Shown piece after piece: positions 33,033 through 39,733 of a DNA stretch of 39,733 nt. Both the position numbers and the translations under genes were made by a program. Within the stretch, counting starts at the first letter, position 1. Each line of letters begins with the position of its first letter. The DNA comes from Chloroflexota bacterium (lineage in GTDB: Bacteria > Chloroflexota > Anaerolineae > B4-G1 > SLSP01), in assembly GCA_022707705.1 (NCBI GenBank), contig JAKJAC010000012.1, positions 1 to 39,733 on the forward strand, given 5' to 3'. A model generated the notes under the pieces. That model was not told the DNA's origin. It searched no databases and worked only from the letters and a program-made list of their open reading frames with translations.

Positions 33033-34412
33033 ATGACAACCAACGCCCAACACCCATGGGAGCGTCTGTGCGCCTTTGCCGAGCAGGAGCTGCGCGCGCG
33101 GCACATCCCCGGAGCGGCTATCGGCATTGCGATTGGCGGCGAGACCTATACCGCCGGATTTGGCGTGACCAACCTCGACCACCCGCTGCCGGTGCAGCCC
33201 ACCACCCTCTTTCAGGTCGGCTCCATCACCAAAACTTTCACCGGCGCCGTCATCATGCGCTTGATTGAGACGGGCAAGCTGCAGCTCAGCACCCGCGTGC
33301 GCGAGCTCGCGCCGGAGTGGCGTGTGCTTGATGAGCAGGCAAGCGCTGAGGCGACGGTATGGCATCTGCTCACGCACACCGGCGGATGGCTCGGCGACTT
33401 TTTCATTGATACCGGCGCCGGCGAGAACGCGCTCGGCAAATACGCCGCACGCATGGCAGAGCTGCCGCAGGTCGCGCCGATTGGCGCCGCCTATTCCTAC
33501 AACAACGCCGCCTTCGTGCTGCTCGGGCACCTGGTCGAGTTGGCGACGGGCAAGCCCTTTGAGCAGGTCGCCGCCGATACGCTGCTCAAGCCGCTCGGCC
33601 TGGAGGATTGCCACTTCAACGCCGAGACGCTCATGACCAAACGCTTCGCGGTCGGGCACCGGGTGTCCGGCGATGCCGCGGAGGTCATCATGCCCTGGGG
33701 CTTGCCCCGCTGCGGCGCACCAATGGGCTCCATCGTGGCGAACGCGCCCGCCCTGCTCACCTATGCGCGGATGCTGCTCGACCTGGGCAAAGCCAAGGAC
33801 GGTGTGCAAGTGCTTGCCGCGGAATCGGTCCGCGCGATGCAGACGCCGCAAGCGCCCATCTGGCGCGACCGGGAGGCTATTGGCCTGGCGTGGCACATCG
33901 AGCGCCTGGCGGGCGAGACTTTCATCCATCACGGCGGCGCCACCCATGGGCAGGGCGCGTGGCTCGAGTTTTGCCCTGGGCAAGCCTTTGCCATCGCGGT
34001 TCTTGCCAACGCCGATACGACCGGGCAGCTCGCCCGCGCCATCCGCAAGCAAGCCCTGCGCGATTTCCTCGGCATCGAGTTGCCCGCGGAGCCCTTCCAA
34101 CCCCTGGCGCTTGAGCCAATGCGGGAAATCGAAGGGCGCTACGTGCTCCCCAAGATTGGCTTCGTGGAAATTCGCAGCCTCGCCGGAAAGCTCATTGGAC
34201 AGGAAATCAACACCGGAGGCTTCCCCACCGAGGATACGCCCCCGGAACCGAACCTGCCTCCCTACACGCTCGAATCCGTCGAGACCGATAGGCTGGTGGT
34301 TGCCGATGGCAAAGCCAGGGGTACGCAATGCCACGTGCTCCGCGATGAGTCCGGGCGCATGCGCTGGTTCCGGATGGGCGGGCGCATCCACCTGCGCGAG
34401 CCTCTTGTCTGA
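33033..34412 (+). CDS. Beta-lactamase-family serine hydrolase (class C/PBP4*-/esterase-like)
   Basis: SxxK motif in FQVGSITKTFTG, a downstream YSYNN (YxN-like) motif and HHGG near the KTG-equivalent position. ATG 33033 has GGAGG 8 nt upstream. The longer listed ORF (32808) runs through the non-coding repeats. Confidence 0.85.
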   Translation: MTTNAQHPWERLCAFAEQELRARHIPGAAIGIAIGGETYTAGFGVTNLDHPLPVQPTTLFQVGSITKTFTGAVIMRLIETGKLQLSTRVRELAPEWRVLDEQASAEATVWHLLTHTGGWLGDFFIDTGAGENALGKYAARMAELPQVAPIGAAYSYNNAAFVLLGHLVELATGKPFEQVAADTLLKPLGLEDCHFNAETLMTKRFAVGHRVSGDAAEVIMPWGLPRCGAPMGSIVANAPALLTYARMLLDLGKAKDGVQVLAAESVRAMQTPQAPIWRDREAIGLAWHIERLAGETFIHHGGATHGQGAWLEFCPGQAFAIAVLANADTTGQLARAIRKQALRDFLGIELPAEPFQPLALEPMREIEGRYVLPKIGFVEIRSLAGKLIGQEINTGGFPTEDTPPEPNLPPYTLESVETDRLVVADGKARGTQCHVLRDESGRMRWFRMGGRIHLREPLV

Positions 34413-34448
34413 ACCGGCGGGAGTGATGCCGGAAACGGGTTTCGCAAC

Positions 34449-34790
34449 ATGGAACGCAAGCACAAAGTCAAAATCACCGTCCTCAGGAAAGAGTGTTTCG
34501 CCGATTTGCAGGAGCAATACCTGGCGGACCCGCAGGCGGGACCCTGCTCGCTGTTCGAGGTCGGGCAGGAATTCATCCTGGAACGGGATGGCGCGCGAGA
34601 CGATTTCTGGCACATGCTGGATGGCAAATTCTGCGCCGAAGCCTGGGATGCCATCAGCCGATACGTCTACGCGGGCCTTCAAGGGGGTTCCATCATGCGC
34701 GGTTGGACGAACGACGAGAGCATGATGATTGCCTGCTGCAACGATGGCACCCGACCGGTGATTTTCAAAATCGAAAGGATCGATTATTAA
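34449..34790 (+). CDS. TIGR04076-family small protein
   Basis: KVKITVLRKECF...GPC..F..GQEF...FC.EAWDAISRYVYAGLQGGSIMRGWTNDESMMIACCNDGTRPVIFKIERI matches my recollection of the TIGR04076 pattern. Confidence 0.7.
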   Translation: MERKHKVKITVLRKECFADLQEQYLADPQAGPCSLFEVGQEFILERDGARDDFWHMLDGKFCAEAWDAISRYVYAGLQGGSIMRGWTNDESMMIACCNDGTRPVIFKIERIDY

Positions 34791-34906
34791 CCACGCCGCC
34801 GTCGAAACGGTTAACGAGCGCCCTTCAGTACATCGGCAGGTTAGCGGTCTTGCAACGCAAGGAATGCCTGCCGCCCGGTCACGCGATTCCAGGCAGGAGC
34901 CGCATC

Positions 34907-35470
34907 ATGGCCACAATGCTAAACACAACCCGGCTGACCATCAGGAATTTCCAGGCAAAGGACCTGGACGCACTGCACGAGATGATCGTGCAATACCAGA
35001 CTTCCGCAATGGCAGCCTACGACCAACCCTGGCCCACTTCCCGCGAAGCGCTCCAGGGCGTCGTAGCCTGGTTTGCCGGCGGCGATGCCTACCTCGCTGT
35101 CCACCTCAAAGACACAGACCAATTCATCGGATTTGTCGCGCTCAGTCCCGAACCGGATGAGAACCGGCGGTCATTCAACATCGGCTATGTCTTCGATGCC
35201 GGTTTCCACGGCAAGGGCTATGCCACCGAAGCCTGCCGGGCGCTATTGCACCACGCCTTCGACACCTTGCAGGCAGATAGCGTCGTCAGCGGTACTGCGG
35301 CGGTCAACGCCCCCTCGCGGCGCTTGCTCGAAAAACTGGGCTTCAAGAAAACCGGCGAGGTCACCGTCTCCTTCAGGACCGGTGAAGACGGGAATCCCAT
35401 CGAATTCACCGGTTACGACTACATCCTTTCAAAAGCCGACTGGAGTAATGCCTCATGCAGCCCAGACTAA
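34907..35470 (+). CDS. GNAT-family N-acetyltransferase (RimJ/RimL-like)
   Basis: LTIRNF...D...... IGFVAL ... FHGKGYATEA (acetyl-CoA pyrophosphate-binding loop) ... NAPSRRLLEKLGFKKTGE. ATG has AGGAG 7 nt upstream. Confidence 0.85.
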   Translation: MATMLNTTRLTIRNFQAKDLDALHEMIVQYQTSAMAAYDQPWPTSREALQGVVAWFAGGDAYLAVHLKDTDQFIGFVALSPEPDENRRSFNIGYVFDAGFHGKGYATEACRALLHHAFDTLQADSVVSGTAAVNAPSRRLLEKLGFKKTGEVTVSFRTGEDGNPIEFTGYDYILSKADWSNASCSPD

Positions 35471-35509
35471 ACTTCTCTGAACCAATCTGTTGTAACGCAG
35501 GAGGACCGT

Positions 35510-35881
35510 ATGGTTACCACAATGCTCGCCGCATGTGGCTTGGATTGCGCAACGTGTGAGCTCAGATTGGCGCCCACCGACCCGGAGGCTGCCCGGGTTG
35601 TCGTCGCCTGGTTCAAACAGCAAGGTTGGCTCTCCGAAGCCGAGGGCATGGCAGAGGTGCTCGAGCGCGGCATGTTCTGCACCGGTTGCCTCGGGAATCG
35701 GGAGACACACTGGTCCAGCGATTGCTGGATTCTGGCGTGCTGCGTAGACCAGCGGGGGCACAGCAACTGCAGCGAGTGCGAGAGCTTTGCCTGTGACCGC
35801 CTCGTCGCCTGGTCCGGGCAAGATGAAAGCTACAGCGCAGCGTTGGCGCGACTGCGAGAGTTGCGGACCGCTGCCACCTAA
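35510..35881 (+). CDS. DUF3795-like Cys-rich protein
   Basis: ACGLDCATCE ... CTGC ... CCVDQRGHSNCSECESFACDRL is the cysteine pattern typical of DUF3795. AGGAGG SD. Confidence 0.7.
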   Translation: MVTTMLAACGLDCATCELRLAPTDPEAARVVVAWFKQQGWLSEAEGMAEVLERGMFCTGCLGNRETHWSSDCWILACCVDQRGHSNCSECESFACDRLVAWSGQDESYSAALARLRELRTAAT

Positions 35882-35900
35882 CACGCGAAAGGAGATTTCC

Positions 35901-36371
35901 ATGTACGAACGGATGCTTGACAAGACCACGCCGCCCTCCGATGCGGATATGCTTGCCGTGATCGGCGGCGCCCCGGCGAGCGCACCCATCGCCGAGGCAT
36001 GGACCGTGTTACGGCGCTTCCTGGTCGAGACCTACGCCATCGTGCCCACGCTCGATTCCGGCGGGAAGAAATACGGCTGGAATCTGCAACACCGCGCGGG
36101 CAGCAAGCCCCTGTGCGAGCTCTACCCTGAAAACGGCTCCTTCACCGCCCTGGTGATATTGGGCAGAGCCGAACTGACGCAAGCCCTCGAACGCCTGGAT
36201 TCTTTTGGCGCGCTCGTCCAGGGCGCGCTGGTCGAAACCCCCCGATTTCACGATGGTTGCTGGATGTATATCCGCGTCTCCGACCCCGCCACCTGCCAAC
36301 AAGACGTGCAGGACCTACAACAGCTCATCCTGCTCAAGAAGAAGCCGCCCCGGAAAAAAGCGCAGCCGTGA
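35901..36371 (+). CDS. DUF3788-like protein
   Basis: MYERMLDKTTPPS...GGKKYGWNLQHRAGSKPLCELYPENGSFTALVILG matches the DUF3788 pattern as I recall it. AAAGGAG SD. The listed longer ORF (35787) overlaps the previous gene. Confidence 0.7.
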   Translation: MYERMLDKTTPPSDADMLAVIGGAPASAPIAEAWTVLRRFLVETYAIVPTLDSGGKKYGWNLQHRAGSKPLCELYPENGSFTALVILGRAELTQALERLDSFGALVQGALVETPRFHDGCWMYIRVSDPATCQQDVQDLQQLILLKKKPPRKKAQP

Positions 36372-36517
36372 GGATGCCGGATTTCACCCAGACGCATCCC
36401 GCAGGGCTGGTAGTGGGTGAATCCTACTCAGCCGAGCCTTATTGACGCATCCCTTATGGGGCGCGCACCAACCCGGCTGAGTGAGACAGAGGAATAATAA
36501 TCCCTTAGGAGGTGTGT

Positions 36518-37576
36518 ATGCAGAGAGATGAGATTCAACGCATCTGCGAAAGTCAGGTTCTCGATATCGCAACCGCGCGCTTTGGCGCGCGCAGAGATGC
36601 CCTGAAGGTATTTCCAGAATACGAAGGCGCGGCAAACCTCGTCTATGAGATTGAAACCGGCGCAACCCCTCTGATTCTGAGGGTTTCCTACACGCCGGAA
36701 AGAACCCTGGAGCAAATTCAGGCTGAACTGCATTTTGTCAATTACCTGTTTGAAAACGGCGTCAGCGTTTCCAGACCCCTGCTATCCCAAAATGGGAACT
36801 GGGTGGAAACCGTTGAGGCGGCGGGCTTTCCATTCCACATCGTCACCTTTGTCAAAGGCAAGGGCATGCGGGTGCCGGATAATGACTACCGCTACAGAAG
36901 CGACGCCCCTATCGAGGAATACTTCCGCAACTGGGGGCGCATGCTCGGCCAAATGCACGCGCTGACCCAAGACTATCGCCCGGAAAGCGCTAGCGTCAGA
37001 CGCCCAGAGTGGTTTGACCTGCACAAGAGCAGACTGGCGCGGGTCGCAGAATTGCCAGAACGGCTGCACCGAGTCCAGGAACGAATTCAGTCCCTCCTTG
37101 ACGAACTGCGAGCGCTACCCAAAGATAGCGCGTCCTTTGGTTTGATCCACGGGGATTTCAACGATGGCAACTTCACTGTGGATTATGCCAACGGCAAGTT
37201 GACCGTTTTCGACTTCGACGATGCCTGCTACTTCTGGTTCATCTATGAGCTCGCCTCGGCTTGGGAAGGCGGCATCGGCAGGGCGATGTTTCGTGGCTTA
37301 GCCGAGCGCCGGGCGTTTATGGACCACTACATGGAACAGGTCATGGAAGGCTACAACCAGGAGAACACGCTATCGAATGCGTGGTTGGAGCGGTTACCTC
37401 TGTTCATCGAACTGATCCAGGTCGAGGAGTTCCTGCATTACGCCCAATACCTGGACGAAGCAGATGCGGAGCTTCAAAGTGAACTCACCTACAAAATCCG
37501 CTGTATTGAAGAGCAGATACCCTATATGGGCTTCTTTGACGCCATTTATTCACCCGAAAGGCCCTTCTCACTCTAG
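36518..37576 (+). CDS. APH/choline-kinase-family phosphotransferase
   Basis: Brenner motif LIHGDFNDGN and metal-binding FDFDDA. TAGGAGG SD 5 nt upstream of ATG 36518. Confidence 0.8.
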   Translation: MQRDEIQRICESQVLDIATARFGARRDALKVFPEYEGAANLVYEIETGATPLILRVSYTPERTLEQIQAELHFVNYLFENGVSVSRPLLSQNGNWVETVEAAGFPFHIVTFVKGKGMRVPDNDYRYRSDAPIEEYFRNWGRMLGQMHALTQDYRPESASVRRPEWFDLHKSRLARVAELPERLHRVQERIQSLLDELRALPKDSASFGLIHGDFNDGNFTVDYANGKLTVFDFDDACYFWFIYELASAWEGGIGRAMFRGLAERRAFMDHYMEQVMEGYNQENTLSNAWLERLPLFIELIQVEEFLHYAQYLDEADAELQSELTYKIRCIEEQIPYMGFFDAIYSPERPFSL

Positions 37577-37647
37577 CGCTTTGGCGCATCGCAGGCACCG
37601 CCGAGCCTGGGAACCTGATCACGCATTAAGAACAAGGAGCTGATATC

Positions 37648-38199
37648 ATGCAGGATTCCATCGCAGCAGTCCGGCAAGTCCTCCAACGCTTTCAGAATGG
37701 CTACAGTGCGCGCGATATCGCGCAACTCGACGCCTTCATGGACCTCTTTGTGGCTGGAGCTGAGCCTGAACTCATCGGCATCGGAGCCGTAGCCCGCAAT
37801 CAGAACGAATGGTTCGAGGGCGCGCCACGCATCCGCGAAATCGTCGAATCCGATTGGACCTATTGGGGGGACGTCCGCCTGGACGTGGAAGCTGCGAAAA
37901 TCACCGTCAGAGGCGAGGTTGCGTGGCTATCCACGGTGGGGACTATTCTCCAGACCGACGACATCCAGACCGGTGCCGTGACCGAATCCACGTTGCGGCA
38001 GATGCAAGCGCTACTGGAGGATAAGACTCTCAGCCCCAGAGCCAGGTTGGTCGAAGCGGCGCACTTTGGAGTGCGCCGGTGGCGGGAAAGGGAGAAACCC
38101 GCGGGATATCCCTGGCCCTTTGTCTTCACTGCGGTGCTGGTGCAGCAAGGGGATCAGTGGCGCTTTCATACCATTCACTGGGCGATGCCCGTGGATTGA
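37648..38199 (+). CDS. SnoaL-like / NTF2-fold protein
   Basis: The size and the pattern (N-terminal helix VRQVLQRFQNGYSARD, DAFMDLF, then beta-rich WRFHTIHW) fit NTF2-like/SnoaL proteins. AAGGAG SD. Confidence 0.6.
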   Translation: MQDSIAAVRQVLQRFQNGYSARDIAQLDAFMDLFVAGAEPELIGIGAVARNQNEWFEGAPRIREIVESDWTYWGDVRLDVEAAKITVRGEVAWLSTVGTILQTDDIQTGAVTESTLRQMQALLEDKTLSPRARLVEAAHFGVRRWREREKPAGYPWPFVFTAVLVQQGDQWRFHTIHWAMPVD

Positions 38200-38203
38200 G
38201 GCG
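38185..38203 (+). repeat. Direct repeat copy 1: ATGCCCGTGGATTGAGGCG
   Basis: Overlaps the last four codons plus the stop of the SnoaL-like gene. It is identical at 18 of 19 positions to 39348-39366. Confidence 0.9.
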
Positions 38204-38261
38204 TTAAGGAGGAAGCAGTGACTATCCAACCTGCCAGTCAGAGCATTGGGCGCCCTGGACC

Positions 38262-39344
38262 ATGAAGCCATACCCTGAGCTCACACGATTGGGCCGCCTG
38301 CGCCGCATGCGGCAGCTGGCAACCGCAGCGCTGAGGGGTTTTGGGGTCGAGGAAGCGCGCTTGCAGCTGCTCCGTCAAGCCGGGAACACCCTGTTTCGCG
38401 TCCAGACGCCCGACCTGCCGGACCCAGATGCGCCCGAAGGCTTGTTTGAGGCGGGTCAATTCCTGCTGCGGGTACACGAACCCGGCTATCAAGAACCGGA
38501 GGCGCTGGACCTGGAATTGACCTGGTTGGCTGCCATGCGCCGCGAGGCGCAGCTGCCCGTGCCGGAACCCCTAGCCGCCCCCGACGGGCGCTGGGTGCTG
38601 CCCATCACCGTGCCCGGCGTGGAAGGCACGCGGCGCTGTTCCCTACTTCGTTGGATCAAGGGCCACTCGGTCAAAAACCGTTTCGGTCCCGCCCATCTTC
38701 GGGCGCAGGGACGATTGATGGCGCGGCTACACCAGTTCTCGAGACAGTGGCAACCTCCGGCGGGTTCATCCAAACGCCGCTTTGATTGGGACGGCTTATT
38801 CTGCAACGATGTAGGAAGCGGCATGGCAAATGCGGACGCGTGGGCGCTTCTCGCTCCTCCCCATAGAGAAGCCTTCTCCTTCGTTGCCGAGCGCACTCGG
38901 GAGGTGATGGCAGACTGGGGTCAGGGCGCTGACGTTTTCGGTCTGATCCACGGGGACCTGGGGGTGGATGCCAATCTGCTGTTCTGGCACGGCGAGCCCA
39001 GGGCGATTGACTTTGATGATTCCGGTTTCGGCTACTGGATCTTCGATCTTGCGGTGGCGTTGGATGCCTGCCGCGACAATCCCGCCTATCCCCGCTACCG
39101 GGAAGCCCTCCTGGAGGGCTACGCCGAAGTCCACGCCCTTCCGGAAAAGCACGCCGGGCAGATCGACCTGTTTCTGGCAGCCCTCGAGGTCTATTGGAAT
39201 CTCTGGGCTACCGGTGGAACGCATCTCTATCCGGAGCTGCTTCCGGAATACCGCGAGCGCATCGCCCAAACCGCGGATTTCGTGGTCCGCTATGCACGCC
39301 GCAGCGGTTGCCCGACCACGATTGACATTGCCGCCATAGACTAG
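38262..39344 (+). CDS. APH-family phosphotransferase (second, divergent copy)
   Basis: LIHGDLGVDAN (HxDxxxxN) and IDFDDSG motifs. Confidence 0.8.
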   Translation: MKPYPELTRLGRLRRMRQLATAALRGFGVEEARLQLLRQAGNTLFRVQTPDLPDPDAPEGLFEAGQFLLRVHEPGYQEPEALDLELTWLAAMRREAQLPVPEPLAAPDGRWVLPITVPGVEGTRRCSLLRWIKGHSVKNRFGPAHLRAQGRLMARLHQFSRQWQPPAGSSKRRFDWDGLFCNDVGSGMANADAWALLAPPHREAFSFVAERTREVMADWGQGADVFGLIHGDLGVDANLLFWHGEPRAIDFDDSGFGYWIFDLAVALDACRDNPAYPRYREALLEGYAEVHALPEKHAGQIDLFLAALEVYWNLWATGGTHLYPELLPEYRERIAQTADFVVRYARRSGCPTTIDIAAID

Positions 39345-39347
39345 TCA

Positions 39348-39366
39348 ATGCCCGTGGATTGAAGCG
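39348..39366 (+). repeat. Direct repeat copy 2: ATGCCCGTGGATTGAAGCG
   Basis: Begins 3 nt after the stop of the second APH gene. See 38185-38203. Confidence 0.9.
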
Positions 39367-39386
39367 CGAAGGGACAGAGGGAGCAC

Positions 39387-39733
39387 CTACGGAGTTGTGT
39401 TCGGATTCGCCACACGCAAGCCTGCAGACTGTGCCACAGTCAACAGTCGTTCGTCAGCACAGACAAAAGTCAAAGGTGTGGCGTGCGCGCGCGCCAGAAC
39501 AGCCTGAACCCGCAACGCTGCAGCCAGTTGTATCGCATCATACGCGCGGAGAGGGTATGCACGCACCAGGTGCCCGGCATATTCAGCCAAATCAGGTGTA
39601 AGTTCGACAACCTGATATTGCGTGTCCAAATCATAGCGAAAAGACTGCACAGCCTGCAATAATTGCACTGCAGTTACTGCACCTTCCCGCTGTTGCCGTG
39701 CCAACGCGCTGAGTATTTCAACCCAGGTGATGC
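39387..39733 (-). CDS. vapC: PIN-domain toxin (VapC family), 5' end outside the window
   Basis: ...ITWVEILSALARQQREG...AYDAIQLAAAL...FVCADERLLTVAQSAGLRVANP follows the PIN acidic-residue pattern. The reading frame stays open to the window edge, so the listed TTG start is not the real start. Confidence 0.75.
   Translation of the reverse strand, partial: ITWVEILSALARQQREGAVTAVQLLQAVQSFRYDLDTQYQVVELTPDLAEYAGHLVRAYPLRAYDAIQLAAALRVQAVLARAHATPLTFVCADERLLTVAQSAGLRVANPNTTP

Noticed and set aside
32922-34682. 586-aa minus-strand ORF, the second-longest ORF in this part of the window
   Set aside because: It lies antisense to the beta-lactamase-family gene, which has clear SxxK/YxN motifs and an SD. 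Its Arg/Gly/Ala/Pro-rich composition is typical of an open antisense frame in GC-rich DNA. It has no motif and no SD.
34493-35470. 325-aa version of the GNAT ORF
   Set aside because: Its first 138 codons overlap the TIGR04076 gene in another frame and are Arg/Pro/Gly-rich. The ATG at 34907 with an AGGAG SD gives a normal-length GNAT.
36390-36452. 10-nt direct repeat GACGCATCCC (36390-36399 and 36443-36452) in the spacer before the first APH gene
   Set aside because: It is short enough to be coincidental in 40 kb, with no associated structure or second signal. I noted it only as a possible minor duplication.
31212-39344. Chromosomal integron (a divergent tyrosine recombinase followed by same-strand small cassettes including GNAT and toxin genes)
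   Set aside because: The recombinase shows none of the IntI-specific features I can recognise and appears to lack canonical catalytic residues. Several gene spacers are only 20-40 bp. I could not find attC-like RYYYAAC ... GTTRRRY imperfect palindromes between genes. A proper IntegronFinder or attC covariance-model scan would settle it.

Overview
About 39.7 kb of a bacterial chromosome. Gene content (YfhO/GT-C envelope enzyme, giant FG-GAP exoprotein, Roadblock+V4R, TIGR04076/DUF3795/DUF3788 genes) suggests a Chloroflexota-like organism, but this is inference only. Layout: (i) 42-18263, all minus strand, mostly housekeeping. It holds a giant FG-GAP/metallopeptidase-like surface protein, holB, a P-loop NTPase, tmRNA, a GT2 glycosyltransferase, a PHP phosphoesterase, a DAG-kinase-like lipid kinase, an ECF transporter (S, fused A-A', T), rlmN, a MobA-like::HAD fusion and a GntR/HutC regulator. 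(ii) 18680-28734, all plus strand. It holds a DivIC/FtsB-like gene coupled to an ABC ATPase+permease pair with no binding-protein gene. Next comes a palindrome array and a Roadblock/LC7 - V4R - REC::degenerate-GGDEF operon. After that are a 1406-aa YfhO(GT-C)::MOP-flippase fusion and a 403-aa coiled-coil protein. (iii) 28844-32204, minus strand: amidohydrolase, VTT/DedA-like membrane protein and a divergent tyrosine-recombinase-like gene. (iv) 32205-33032 is an ~830-bp non-coding region packed with hairpins, a recurring TTCAGATTTCCA motif and 10-bp-phased CACCGAAA repeats. (v) 33033 to the window end is a visibly more GC-rich, same-strand accessory block: beta-lactamase-family hydrolase, TIGR04076, GNAT, DUF3795, DUF3788, two APH-type phosphotransferases, a SnoaL-like protein, then a truncated vapC. 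The best candidates for something undescribed are four. First, the GTPase-less Roadblock-V4R-REC/GGDEF* module with its phased palindromic operator. Second, the YfhO::flippase fusion. Third, the DivIC-like/ABC operon lacking a binding protein. Fourth, the recombinase-adjacent repeat-rich non-coding region. No CRISPR array, rRNA or tRNA was found. All functional calls rest on motif recognition by eye, and no database search was run.
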